NCBI GenBank assembly: GCA_965215335.1
Contig: CBDCDA010000001.1
Coordinates: 1,408,001-1,472,000 of the forward strand
DNA from: an uncultured Candidatus Entotheonella sp.
GTDB lineage: Bacteria > Tectomicrobia > Entotheonellia > Entotheonellales > Entotheonellaceae
DNA: 64,000 nt
Direction: 5' to 3'
This document shows positions 27,363 through 36,653 of the stretch, in pieces. Below the pieces are notes generated by a model. The model did not search any database. It was not told the DNA's origin and saw nothing but the letters and a program-made list of their open reading frames with translations. Each line of letters starts with the position of its first letter. The first letter of the stretch is position 1. The position numbers and the translations under genes are program-made.

Positions 27363-27966
27363 CGTCGCAGTCGTTGAGGCCATCTTGTCGGAAGGCTTGT
27401 ACTGCCACGTCGGTTTCAGTGTTGACGGTCAGCCGTATGTCATCCCGACGATCTACGCTCATATCGAGGATCGTCTGTACCTCCACGGCTCTGCCGCGAG
27501 CCGGATGCTGCGCACAATCGGGGCGGGGATACCGGTCTGCGTCACGGTCACCCTGTTGGATGGTCTGGTGCTCGCGCGGTCGACGTTTCATCATTCGATG
27601 AACTACCGCTCCGTCGTGATTCTCGGCCAGGCGACGGAGGTCACCGACCCTGACGAAAAAGAGGCCGCCCTGAAAGCCATCGTCGATCACGTCATGGTTG
27701 GACGATGGGATGACGTCCGCGAACCGTCGCCTCAGGAACTGAAGGCCACGAGCGTGATACGAGTGCTCTTGGAGGAGGTGTCGGCAAAGATTCGCACCGG
27801 GCCGCCGGTGGATGACGAGGAAGATTACCAACTTGATTGCTGGGCGGGTGAGTTGCCCTTGCGCCTGGTGCCGCAGCCGCCGGTCGCCGATCCGCAACTG
27901 CGGGCCGGCATCGTGGTCCCAGCGTATGCGAAGAACTATAGACGGATTACCGGTGACAACTCATAG
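27292..27966 (+). CDS. Pyridoxamine 5'-phosphate oxidase-like flavin-binding protein
   Basis: PYVIPT, LYLHGS, DGLVLARS.FHHSMNYRSV, SAKIRTGPP, WAG. Confidence 0.88.
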   Translation: MFMPQFKKTERTRIRRMPKRASYDVAVVEAILSEGLYCHVGFSVDGQPYVIPTIYAHIEDRLYLHGSAASRMLRTIGAGIPVCVTVTLLDGLVLARSTFHHSMNYRSVVILGQATEVTDPDEKEAALKAIVDHVMVGRWDDVREPSPQELKATSVIRVLLEEVSAKIRTGPPVDDEEDYQLDCWAGELPLRLVPQPPVADPQLRAGIVVPAYAKNYRRITGDNS

Positions 27967-27990
27967 GCTGTACGCATCACAAATACTCGT

Positions 27991-28719
27991 TCAAGCCTGA
28001 GCGAGATCGTCCCGCGGTGGCAGGCCCGGCATGCTTCCGACGGCCATCGGCGTGGCGCTGAGAAAGGGCTCGCCGTAGGCTGTGCCGATCATCCAGCCGA
28101 ACCATACCGCCCGCGCTTCCAGGGCGCGCAGGAAGCCGGGCCGGCTCAAGGCCGTCGCGGCGGTTTTCCCGCCCGCCATGAACTGGCTCTCATAGGCCCG
28201 CACTGCGGCCATGCGGCGCTCCCACACGGACGACACATCCATGATGAACGAGGGCGCAAAAGGCGTATGCAACAGGTAGTAATACAGTAGCGGCGGACGA
28301 TAGGGATCGCCGTCACCGATTTTGCCGACGCCGGCGAAGAAGCAGGCTTCGCGCACCAGGCTGCTGGCCCGCGCGTGGTCGGGATGGCGATCTTCCCAGT
28401 ATGGCGCCAGCACGATGCGCGGGCGCGTGCGGCGGACCACGTCGATGATCGGCAGGCAGTGGTCCGGGTGGGTGCCGATGGCGCCGTCCGGCAGGCCCAG
28501 GGAGAAACGGGCCGTCAGGCCGAGCAGCGCCGTGGCGCACCGGGTTTCCCGCTCTCTTTGCTCGAGGGTGCCGCGGCTGGACAGCTCCCCTGCCGTCAGG
28601 TCTGCCACCGCCACCCGCCAGCCCTTGTCCGCCGCGGCAATCAGGCTGCCCCCGCAACCGAGTTCGACGTCATCCGGGTGGGGACCGAACGCCAGGATGT
28701 CCAACGCTTCTTCCATCAC
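27991..28719 (-). CDS. bshB1: GlcNAc-malate deacetylase
   Basis: ILAFGPHPDDVELGCGG, DLTAGE.SSRGT, DRHPDH, AYESQF, G..IG..YGEPF. Confidence 0.9.
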   Translation of the reverse strand: MMEEALDILAFGPHPDDVELGCGGSLIAAADKGWRVAVADLTAGELSSRGTLEQRERETRCATALLGLTARFSLGLPDGAIGTHPDHCLPIIDVVRRTRPRIVLAPYWEDRHPDHARASSLVREACFFAGVGKIGDGDPYRPPLLYYYLLHTPFAPSFIMDVSSVWERRMAAVRAYESQFMAGGKTAATALSRPGFLRALEARAVWFGWMIGTAYGEPFLSATPMAVGSMPGLPPRDDLAQA

Positions 28720-28720
28720 C

Positions 28721-29881
28721 TTACCCCGTGCCCCCCATGAGATAACGATACAGCAAGCCGCCGCTGGCGCCGGCGCCGTCGAGTCGCGGCAGCAGGATGG
28801 GTGCGCGGCGCTTGCCGAACACCTGTTGCAGCACCTCCGCCATCACAAGGCCATAGTACGCGCCGGAACTGGCGCCGGCGACGTAGCCGCTCACCAGATC
28901 GTTCAGAAACAGGGTCAGCGATACGTCGGGACTCCAGTCGGCAGCATCGTCGATGCTGCCGATAGACAAGCGCCCGCTACCCAGATAAAAACGATACGCC
29001 TCGCCGCATCGGCACCGAGCGGTGGCGAATTGATCGACCCGCTGCGTTTCACGACGCAGGCGCAAGCGGCGCCGGCAGTCGTGGCACGACACGTGCAACG
29101 GCAGGTAGTCGGGCGCCAGTGGCTTGACGTGCGGCTCGATGCCTTGGATTCTCAAGGCTTCGACGGCGGCGTTGAAAACGCGGATGGCGTCGTCGAGCCG
29201 GTTGATGAAATCGTTGACCGGCGCCGTGAGCAGAGCGAGAAGCTCGGATACCCGAACGGAGCGCGGATTCAACTCGGCCTGGTTGTTCAACAAGAAACAG
29301 CTCAAGCGATGATTCAGGTCGCTGTACGCGCCGGGGGCGTCTGGCAGGAGGATGGTCCGCAGCGCCTTCAGGCGCTCCCGGATGCGGGCGCGCGTCACCT
29401 TCTTGCGTCCGGTGATAGACTGGTTGACGTAGACCTCAAGCCGGGCGAGCGTATCCTGCACGGCAGCGGGATCAACGGGGATGAAGCGCAATTCGCGCAC
29501 GTCGTTGGCGGCGGGGCAAAGGCGCAGCGAAACCTGCTTGCCGAATACCGTCCACAACATCCGCAGCATGAGCGGGTCGCTGCCGGCCAGGTCGGTGTCG
29601 ATCCACAGAAAAAAGGGGAGGCAGACCGGACGCCGCTCAAGGTCGCGCAGCAATGCCATGCGCTCCAGCATTGAGGGCGTGCAATCGGTGTAGAGCTGCT
29701 GCAGCGCGTAAATTGGTTTGCTCCGCGGAGCCGCAAAATGGCTCGTCAACGCCTTTTGCGCGGGCGCCTGCAGCCGCGCCGCAAAGTCTGCCTCGCAAAC
29801 AAGAATATCCCGCTCGGCCAGGAACGCCACGCCCTCGCCGCAGACCATTAAATCCTTTAGTTGTCGCATGTTTGTTTTCAA
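28721..29881 (-). CDS. Divergent, short BshC-like protein (putative cysteine-adding enzyme)
   Basis: Ends 1 nt upstream of bshB1. PIYALQQ, PFFLWIDTD and YVAGASSGAYY...PILLPR segments resemble BshC motifs; CHDC...CRC cluster. Confidence 0.55.
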   Translation of the reverse strand: MKTNMRQLKDLMVCGEGVAFLAERDILVCEADFAARLQAPAQKALTSHFAAPRSKPIYALQQLYTDCTPSMLERMALLRDLERRPVCLPFFLWIDTDLAGSDPLMLRMLWTVFGKQVSLRLCPAANDVRELRFIPVDPAAVQDTLARLEVYVNQSITGRKKVTRARIRERLKALRTILLPDAPGAYSDLNHRLSCFLLNNQAELNPRSVRVSELLALLTAPVNDFINRLDDAIRVFNAAVEALRIQGIEPHVKPLAPDYLPLHVSCHDCRRRLRLRRETQRVDQFATARCRCGEAYRFYLGSGRLSIGSIDDAADWSPDVSLTLFLNDLVSGYVAGASSGAYYGLVMAEVLQQVFGKRRAPILLPRLDGAGASGGLLYRYLMGGTG

Positions 29882-30038
29882 TCCTCACCGGCCTTCATGG
29901 TAGTTGCTGCCCGACTTGCGCGGGCATGCCCGCAGACCGGGTTGGCGAAGCAAACCGATTGCCACCGCGCGCCTTCCTGTATAACACAAACCCTCTGGTC
30001 CTCCCAAACCCCTGTCTCTACAGCGCCAAGGCGTTATA

Positions 30039-32705
30039 ATGGCCGCACTCGTATCCACACCCACTTCCTGCACAGGCAACGCCGTGACCCAACACATCGG
30101 ATTGACTCAGACACCGTTCTCCCTTCCCCTGTCTTTGCGCGGCTTGCCGGTGGCGGCGCGCGCCCTGATGGTCGGGGCGCATCCGGACGACGAGGACAGC
30201 GCCCTGCTGGCCGAATTGGCCCTGCGTCACGGCGTCCGCACCGCGTATCTTTCGCTCACCCGCGGTGAGGGTGGGCAGAACTGTCTGGGGCCCGAGTCCG
30301 GCACCGCTCTCGGGGTGCTGCGGGCCGGCGAATTGCTGGCCGCGCGGCGATACGACGGCGCCGAGCAACTGTTCTCGCCGTGTATTGATTTTGGCTACGC
30401 CAAGCGCGCTGAGGACGCCTTTGTCCACTGGCCGCGCGAGCGTGTGGTGGGTAGCATCGTGCAGGCCATCCGGGTGCTGCAGCCCGACGTGGTGATTTCG
30501 GTGTGGACCGGCACGCGCATCGACGGACACGGCCACCATCAGGCGTGCGGCGTCGCCACCCGCGAGGCGTTCGACCTGGCCGGCGACGCGACGGCATTTC
30601 CGGAACAACTCCAGTCCGGTCTGTCTCCGTGGCGACCAAGACGTCTCCTGGTACGGGTGCGGGACATCGCGCATCAAGTGGCGGACGATTTGCACATCAA
30701 CGTCGGGCGATTCGATCCACTCATCGGCCGTTCGTGCTTTGAGGTTGCCATGCAGGGCCGCAGCCTGCACCGCTCGCAGAACATGGGCGCGTTGCCGCTG
30801 AAGGGCGCCCAGTACGTTGTCTACCGGGTAGCCGCGGGCCCACCGGTAGCCGGCGGTCAGGATGCCAATCCGCTGGACGGCCTGCCGGTGCGGCTGGAGG
30901 CATGGGCGCGGGTGTTTCTCGATGATCGCCCGGGCGTCGTCGCGGCTATTGCATCCGTCGTACAGCATCTGGACGCGGCTTGGGAGAGTTATCACCCGCA
31001 GCGGCCCGAATGGACGGCCCCCAAGCTCGCTGTAGCGCTTGGCGCGCTCAGGAAAATCATGTCGATGCTCGACGGTGCGCCGCCGGTGTTGCACAGTCGC
31101 TTGCGGGGGTTCCAGCGACGCATCGAATCGGCTTGGCTACAGGCCAGCGGCCTTGCCCTCGAGGTGCTGGCGACGGAGCCTGACGTGATTGCCGGCGGCA
31201 CCGTGGACGTCGAAGCGGAACTGTTCGTGCGTGGCAACGACGACGTCACCCTGTCGTCCCTGCAAGCGCACACGCAACCGGGTTGGCAGGCCGAGTGTGT
31301 GGAGGCTCCGGCGTTGCCCTGGAAGGTGTGTGGGGGTGGAAGCGTCACGGCACGTTTCCGCCTCACCGCGTCGCCAGACGAGGCGACCGCCGTATCGTCC
31401 ACCCTGCCGCCGTGGCTGAGCCTGCCGCCCGAGGGCGACCTGTACCGCTTCGAGCAGACGTTGCCGTGTCTGGTGCCCAGCGCGCTGCCGCCGCTGCGGG
31501 TCCAGGCGACGCTGTGCACTGGTAATCCCGAATCAAAGCTTGCCCCGGACCTGATCCGGGGTTCAAGGCAGGCTCTGGACATCCCGCTATCGGCGCCCGT
31601 TACGTGGCGCGAACTCGACCCCACCCGCGGCGAACTGCGCCACTCCCTGCGGGTGCGCCCGACCGTCAGCGTCACCGTTTCGCCGAGCCTCATTGTCATG
31701 CCCGCATCGGGTGTCACAACGCCAACAATGACCATGCAACTGCACGCCCACGCCACCCGGCGGGGCCGACTCATTCTGCGGTCCTTCGACGGTGGCCAGC
31801 CGGAATCGCACGCATCCGCCGCGCTCAGCCTGCAAGCCGGCGAACAACGCACCGTGCAGCAAACGCTCCCCGCCGGTTCCGGCGCATCCGGCAAACGGGT
31901 GTTTGGGGTGGAATGGCAGGACGAAATCGCCCCGGCGGCGGGCGCCAAGGCCGTCTCGCGGCTCAGATCGTGGCAGGAGGTGCGTTATCCGCACGTCGAA
32001 CCGGCGTATTGGCCGGCACCGGCCGAGGTGTGTGTCACTGTCGTCCCTGTCGAGGTGGCGCCCGGCTTGCGGGTCGGCTACCTGCCGGGCACCGGTGACG
32101 GTGTTGCGGAGGCGCTGAACGCGCTTGGCGTCAGCGTCACGACGGTTGATGAGGACAATCTGCAAAATGGGAATCTGGTAGGATTCGATACGATTGTCGT
32201 CGGCGTGCGGGCCCTCGAAACGCGTCCTTCTCTGGCTGCGCACCGCCGGCGACTGTGGGACTACGCACGTGCCGGCGGCACGGTGGTGGTGCAGTACCAC
32301 AAGCCGCGCGATGACGGCCCGGGCCGCTTCGTGCCCTTCGACGGCGTCAGCCTGCCGCGACCGGCCCCAAGGGTGAGCCAGGCTGCCGCTCCAGTCAGTC
32401 TGCTGGCGCCGGACGACCCGCTCCTGAGCTTTCCGAATCGACTGGACGCCGAAGATTTCAGCGGCTGGCAACAGGAGCGCGGCCTCTATTTCCTGGCTGA
32501 GTGGCCGTCGCAACTGACACCCTTGCTGGAAAGCGCCGATCCCGGCGAGCCGACCCGGCGCGGCGGCCTGTTGCACGCTCGGCTAGGCCGCGGCCACTAC
32601 GTCTACTGCGCCTATGCGCTGTTCCGCCAGCTTCCGGCCGGCATTCCCGGCGCCTACCGCCTGCTGGCCAACCTCGTCAGCGTGCCGCGCACGCCCGGCG
32701 CCTGA
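30039..32705 (+). CDS. Large PIG-L/LmbE family deacetylase with C-terminal GATase-like domain (start uncertain)
   Basis: AHPDDED, TRGEGGQN, DFGYAK, HGHHQA, HRSQ; C-terminal VGY.PG.GD, GVRA, W.QERGLYF, FRQLPAG.PGAYRL. Confidence 0.88.
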   Translation: MAALVSTPTSCTGNAVTQHIGLTQTPFSLPLSLRGLPVAARALMVGAHPDDEDSALLAELALRHGVRTAYLSLTRGEGGQNCLGPESGTALGVLRAGELLAARRYDGAEQLFSPCIDFGYAKRAEDAFVHWPRERVVGSIVQAIRVLQPDVVISVWTGTRIDGHGHHQACGVATREAFDLAGDATAFPEQLQSGLSPWRPRRLLVRVRDIAHQVADDLHINVGRFDPLIGRSCFEVAMQGRSLHRSQNMGALPLKGAQYVVYRVAAGPPVAGGQDANPLDGLPVRLEAWARVFLDDRPGVVAAIASVVQHLDAAWESYHPQRPEWTAPKLAVALGALRKIMSMLDGAPPVLHSRLRGFQRRIESAWLQASGLALEVLATEPDVIAGGTVDVEAELFVRGNDDVTLSSLQAHTQPGWQAECVEAPALPWKVCGGGSVTARFRLTASPDEATAVSSTLPPWLSLPPEGDLYRFEQTLPCLVPSALPPLRVQATLCTGNPESKLAPDLIRGSRQALDIPLSAPVTWRELDPTRGELRHSLRVRPTVSVTVSPSLIVMPASGVTTPTMTMQLHAHATRRGRLILRSFDGGQPESHASAALSLQAGEQRTVQQTLPAGSGASGKRVFGVEWQDEIAPAAGAKAVSRLRSWQEVRYPHVEPAYWPAPAEVCVTVVPVEVAPGLRVGYLPGTGDGVAEALNALGVSVTTVDEDNLQNGNLVGFDTIVVGVRALETRPSLAAHRRRLWDYARAGGTVVVQYHKPRDDGPGRFVPFDGVSLPRPAPRVSQAAAPVSLLAPDDPLLSFPNRLDAEDFSGWQQERGLYFLAEWPSQLTPLLESADPGEPTRRGGLLHARLGRGHYVYCAYALFRQLPAGIPGAYRLLANLVSVPRTPGA
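31523..31570. repeat. REP/RPE-like palindrome inside PIG-L coding sequence
   Basis: CCCCGGA-CCTGA-TCCGGGG (31543-31561) within a segment read as NPESKLAPDLIRGSR. Confidence 0.65.
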
Positions 32706-32868
32706 CGCGTCCCCAGAGTATTGCCGTATCTGATTGCGCGCCCCTTCTCCTTGTGCAAGCCGAACATCATCTGCAAACGCAGATGACTAGGGCGTGCGGG
32801 TTGGGGGAACGCGGCGGCCGTGTGAAAGGGCACCATGCATGAACAGGAAACCAGCCTGACTGGACGGG

Positions 32869-33714
32869 CTATTTTGCATGGCAAGGGCTTTCAAGTGCGG
32901 CCGGCAGATCGGCCAGACTTTCCAGGACCACCTTCGGCTTCTCGGCGGCGCCGGACTGTTCGGCTTCCGTCCGCGTAGACACCCCCGTCAGCACCAGCAC
33001 CGACAGGCACCCGAGTGCATTCGCCGTCGCGATATCCGTGTCCAACCGGTCCCCTACTACCGCCACGTCGCCCGCCGACACCCCCCAGGCCGCGGCGATC
33101 AGCGCCAGACCCGTTGGCTCCGGCTTGCCCATGACGAGCGGCGTGACGCCCGTGGAGGTGGTGAGCACCGCGACCAGGGCACCGCCGCCGGGGGTGGTCG
33201 TGGTGGGGCTGTCGGGAAACGTGGCGTCGAGATTGGTGGCGATGAACGTGGCGCCGTTACAGATGGCGTAATGGGCATGGGCGAGCTTCTCGTAGGTAAC
33301 GGTCAGGTCCAGGCCGGCCACAACGTGCGTGGCGCCTTCGTGGGTCGGCACGACCGCGACCCCGGCTTCCTCCATCTCGCGCCGCATGCCCGCGGTGCCG
33401 ACCAGGAACACCCGCGCGCCCGGAGCGTGGCGCGACAGGTACAACGCCGCGATGTAGGCCGAGCCCCACACGTCGTCCGCCGCGCAGGCGAAGCCCAGCC
33501 GCGACAGGCGGACTGCCAGTTCCTCGCGGTGACGGCTGGCGTTGTTGGTGAGAAAGGCGACACGCGCACCCCGCGCCCGCAGCGTGTTGAGCGCGTCAAT
33601 CGCCCCCGGCAGCGGGTGATCGCCCCGGTAGAGAACGCCGTCCATGTCCAGGACCACATGCTGAATCACCGTCCGTCGAATCTCCGTTGCTCGGGTTCCG
33701 TGTTCGTTCATCAT
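32869..33714 (-). CDS. HAD-IIA (NagD-like) hydrolase
   Basis: LDMDGVLY, FLTNN, IATNLD, GKPE, VGDRLDTDI, LVLTG. Confidence 0.9.
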   Translation of the reverse strand: MMNEHGTRATEIRRTVIQHVVLDMDGVLYRGDHPLPGAIDALNTLRARGARVAFLTNNASRHREELAVRLSRLGFACAADDVWGSAYIAALYLSRHAPGARVFLVGTAGMRREMEEAGVAVVPTHEGATHVVAGLDLTVTYEKLAHAHYAICNGATFIATNLDATFPDSPTTTTPGGGALVAVLTTSTGVTPLVMGKPEPTGLALIAAAWGVSAGDVAVVGDRLDTDIATANALGCLSVLVLTGVSTRTEAEQSGAAEKPKVVLESLADLPAALESPCHAK

Positions 33715-33861
33715 TGCCAGGCCGCCATGTTGACGAGGGGTGTCAGGCGTGTCAAGGCGGCCTGCTTCGTGTCGGACGGCATCATCTGTGTGGCGACGGC
33801 AGCCCACCGGCTCACCTGTGGGCTGCGCCCTTGTTCCGCCGATTCCCCCTCTGTTCCTCTC

Positions 33862-33890
33862 TTGACCTGCACAGGCCGTTCATCCAGAAT
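33862..33890 (+). promoter_or_regulatory. Possible sigma70 promoter of the grd-like operon
   Basis: TTGACC-N17-CAGAAT, 54 nt upstream of the ATG. Confidence 0.4.
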
Positions 33891-33944
33891 GCTGCCACGT
33901 TGGCCGTTGGATTCATGGGTTGAACAGTCGAGGAGGGTGAAAGC

Positions 33945-35294
33945 ATGGACAGCCCGCTGCGCGTGGTGCATTACGTGAATCAGTTCTTTGGCGGTATTGG
34001 CGGCGAGGAGGCGGCGAACGTCGGGATGTTGCTCGAAGACGCGCCCGTGGGTGCGGGCCGGGCGCTGCAGCAGGTGCTGGGCGACGCAGGCAGCGTGGTG
34101 GGCATGCTGATATGCGGCGACAACTACTTCAACGAGCGGGAAGCGGAGGCCGTGGCCGCCATCCGGGAGCATCTGGAGGCGCTCGAGCCGGATGTCCTGG
34201 TGGCGGGGCCGGCGTTCGGCTCCGGGCGCTACGGGCTGGCCTGCGCCGAGGTTTGCAAGACGGCACAGGCGCTGGGCATCCGGGCCGTCAGCGCTATGCA
34301 CCCGGACAATCCGGGGGCGCTGAGTGGCTGGCCGTACGTCGTCATGGTGCCGACCGGCGAAACGTCCGCCGACATGCCGCAGGCGCTGGCCGCCATGGTG
34401 CGGCTGGCGGGCAAGCTGGGCCGCGGCGAGGCGCTCGGGCCGGCAGAGATTGACGGCTACATGCCGCGCGGCGTGCGGCGCGTGCACGACCGTCAGCGCC
34501 CCGGCTACCAGCGCGCCCTCGACATGCTGATGGCCAAGCTCAAAGACCGGCCGTTCGTCACCGAGGTGCCCATCCACGCGCCGGAAAAGGTCGTGCCCGC
34601 CGCGCCCATCGCCGATTTGTCGGGGGCCGCCATCGCCATGGTCACCACCGGCGGCCTGGTGCGCAAGGGCAACCCGGACAAGCAGGTCGCCGCCAACGCC
34701 AGCCGCTATTACCGCCACTCGATCGCCGAATTGCAAAGCCTCTCCGGCACCGACTGGGAAGCCTATCACGCCGGCTATTTCAACCACATCGTCAACGCCA
34801 ACCCCAATTACATCCTGCCCCTCAATTTCCTGCGCGACCTGGAAGCCGATGGGCACATCGGCGGCGTCTTCAGTTCCATCTACGCGTTGCCAGGGGTCAG
34901 TACACCGGTCGCCATGTCGCGCGAATTGGGCCGCAGCATCGCCCAGGACCTTGCCAACAGCGGGGTCGACGGCTGCCTCCTGGTGGCCACGTGAGGCACC
35001 TGCAATCGTTGCGGTGCAACGATCGCCAAGGAAATCGAGCGCGCCGGCATTCCCGTCGGCATGATCTCCGCCATCTATGACCTCGCCCTCACCACCGGCG
35101 CCGTCCGCGTCGTTCGCGGCGCGCGCATCGAGCACGTGTGCGGCGACCCGAATCTCGGTCCCGAGAAGGATTACGCCTACGGCATGCGCATCGTGCGTAC
35201 CGCCCTCGACGCCATCTGCACGCCGGTGCCCGGCCCGACGCTGTTCGACCCGCTGGAAATGACCCCGGAGCAGGAGGTGGCGCATGCGTCTTGA
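33945..35294 (+). CDS. grdB: Glycine/betaine/sarcosine reductase family selenoprotein B (Sec at TGA 34992-34994)
   Basis: VVHYVNQFFGGIGGEE, CGDNYF, AGPAF..GRYG.AC, VTTGGLV.KGNPD. Read-through gives LVAT-U-GTCNRCGATIAKEIERAGIP, in frame with ORF 35061-35294. Confidence 0.92.
35005..35023 (+). promoter_or_regulatory. Bacterial SECIS-like hairpin
   Basis: ATCGTTGC-GGT-GCAACGAT, a perfect 8-bp stem with a G-containing loop, starting 10 nt after the UGA. Confidence 0.8.
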
Positions 35295-36573
35295 GATGGG
35301 CACCTTCCCCGTTGAGCGCATCACCTTCGGCCCCGAAACTCGCTATGCGGACGGCCGCCTGCAGGTCGACAGGGAGGCCATCATCGAGGCCGTGCACGCC
35401 GACCCTCGCATCGCCAGTGTCGATCTCGACGTCGCCTATCCCGGTGAGTCCACCCGCATCTGGCCGGTGCGCGACGTCATTGAGCCGCGCATCAAGGCGG
35501 AAGGCCCCGGCGTCATCTACCCCGGCGCCGCTGGTCGATCCATCACCACGGTGGGCGAAGGCCGCACGCACCGTCTCTCCGGCATGGGCATCACCGAGGT
35601 GTCGAGCGTCAACTGGCACGACGCTGGCGGCGACTTCGTGGAGGTCTACCTCGACCTGTCCGGCCGGTGGGCTGATCTCATCCCGTTGAGCCGACTCATC
35701 CACCTGTGCGTGGTCGTCGAGCCCGATCCTGGCCTCGGCAACGAGGCCCAGAACGACGCCGTGCACAAGGCGGCCCTGGTAGTCAACGATCAGGTTGCTG
35801 CGGCGACACGCCACCTCGCCCCGCCGCAGCAGGAAGTGTTCGAACTGCGCGAGGTCGATCCCGGTCTCCCCAGGGTGATATACATCTGGTGCGTGCACTC
35901 GCCGCAGGCCATGTCCGGCTCGCCCACGGCGTTCTGCACCACCACTTACGGCCTCACCCAGCTGACGCCGCCGTGGTTCCTGCACCCCAACGAAATCCTC
36001 GACGGCGCCCTCACCGGCCCGTACCGCACGGCGTTTGCCATGTCGTGGACGGTGGCCAACAATCCTCTGCTGCTCGACCTGTATCGCCGCCACGGCGTGG
36101 ATTGGAATTTCCTCGGCGTCATCGCGCTGCGCACCGAATGGACTACGCAGCACGAAAAGCAGCTGATGGCCAACCAGACGGCGAAACTGGCGAAGCTGCT
36201 GGGCGCGCAGGGCGCCATGGTCACCTGGGACGCCGGCGGCAACGAGTTCATCGAGGTCGTCCGCACCATCCAGGCGTGCGAGCACCTGGGCATCAAGACC
36301 GTCTTCCTGACCAGCGAAGACGACGCCACCGAGGCTGCTCCGACCATGCTGGAACCGCTGCCGGAGGCCAACGCCATCGTCAGCACCAGCTTTTTCAAGA
36401 CGCGCACGCTGGAGGTCCCGGACCTGCCGCCGGTGGAGCGGGTCATTGGCCTGCAGCACAAGGACATCGGCCCCCTGCGCGACCGGCGCGTGCCGGCCGC
36501 CGGGCAATTGCCGCCGCCGCCACGCCACGATGACCACTACGGCTTTACCAGCATGAGCTGCATCGAGTATTGA
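35284..36573 (+). CDS. Glycine/sarcosine/betaine reductase component B subunit (GrdE/GrdI family)
   Basis: MRLE.G, PGESTRI.PV.DVIEPR.K, VGEGRTH.L.G, LHPNEILDGA, NNP.L..LY.RHG, GIKTV. Confidence 0.88.
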   Translation: MRLEMGTFPVERITFGPETRYADGRLQVDREAIIEAVHADPRIASVDLDVAYPGESTRIWPVRDVIEPRIKAEGPGVIYPGAAGRSITTVGEGRTHRLSGMGITEVSSVNWHDAGGDFVEVYLDLSGRWADLIPLSRLIHLCVVVEPDPGLGNEAQNDAVHKAALVVNDQVAAATRHLAPPQQEVFELREVDPGLPRVIYIWCVHSPQAMSGSPTAFCTTTYGLTQLTPPWFLHPNEILDGALTGPYRTAFAMSWTVANNPLLLDLYRRHGVDWNFLGVIALRTEWTTQHEKQLMANQTAKLAKLLGAQGAMVTWDAGGNEFIEVVRTIQACEHLGIKTVFLTSEDDATEAAPTMLEPLPEANAIVSTSFFKTRTLEVPDLPPVERVIGLQHKDIGPLRDRRVPAAGQLPPPPRHDDHYGFTSMSCIEY

Positions 36574-36574
36574 C

Positions 36575-36635
36575 GATTGCCGATTCGGGATTGTGGATTG
36601 AAAAATCCACAATCAACAACCCGGGATCAGCAATC
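36575..36635. repeat. Intergenic hairpin built from GATTG-type short repeats
   Basis: GATTGTGGATT-GAAA-AATCCACAATC 11-bp stem with an outer GATTGC/GCAATC pair. Confidence 0.7.
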
Positions 36636-36653
36636 AGCCGAGGAGGAACCCGC

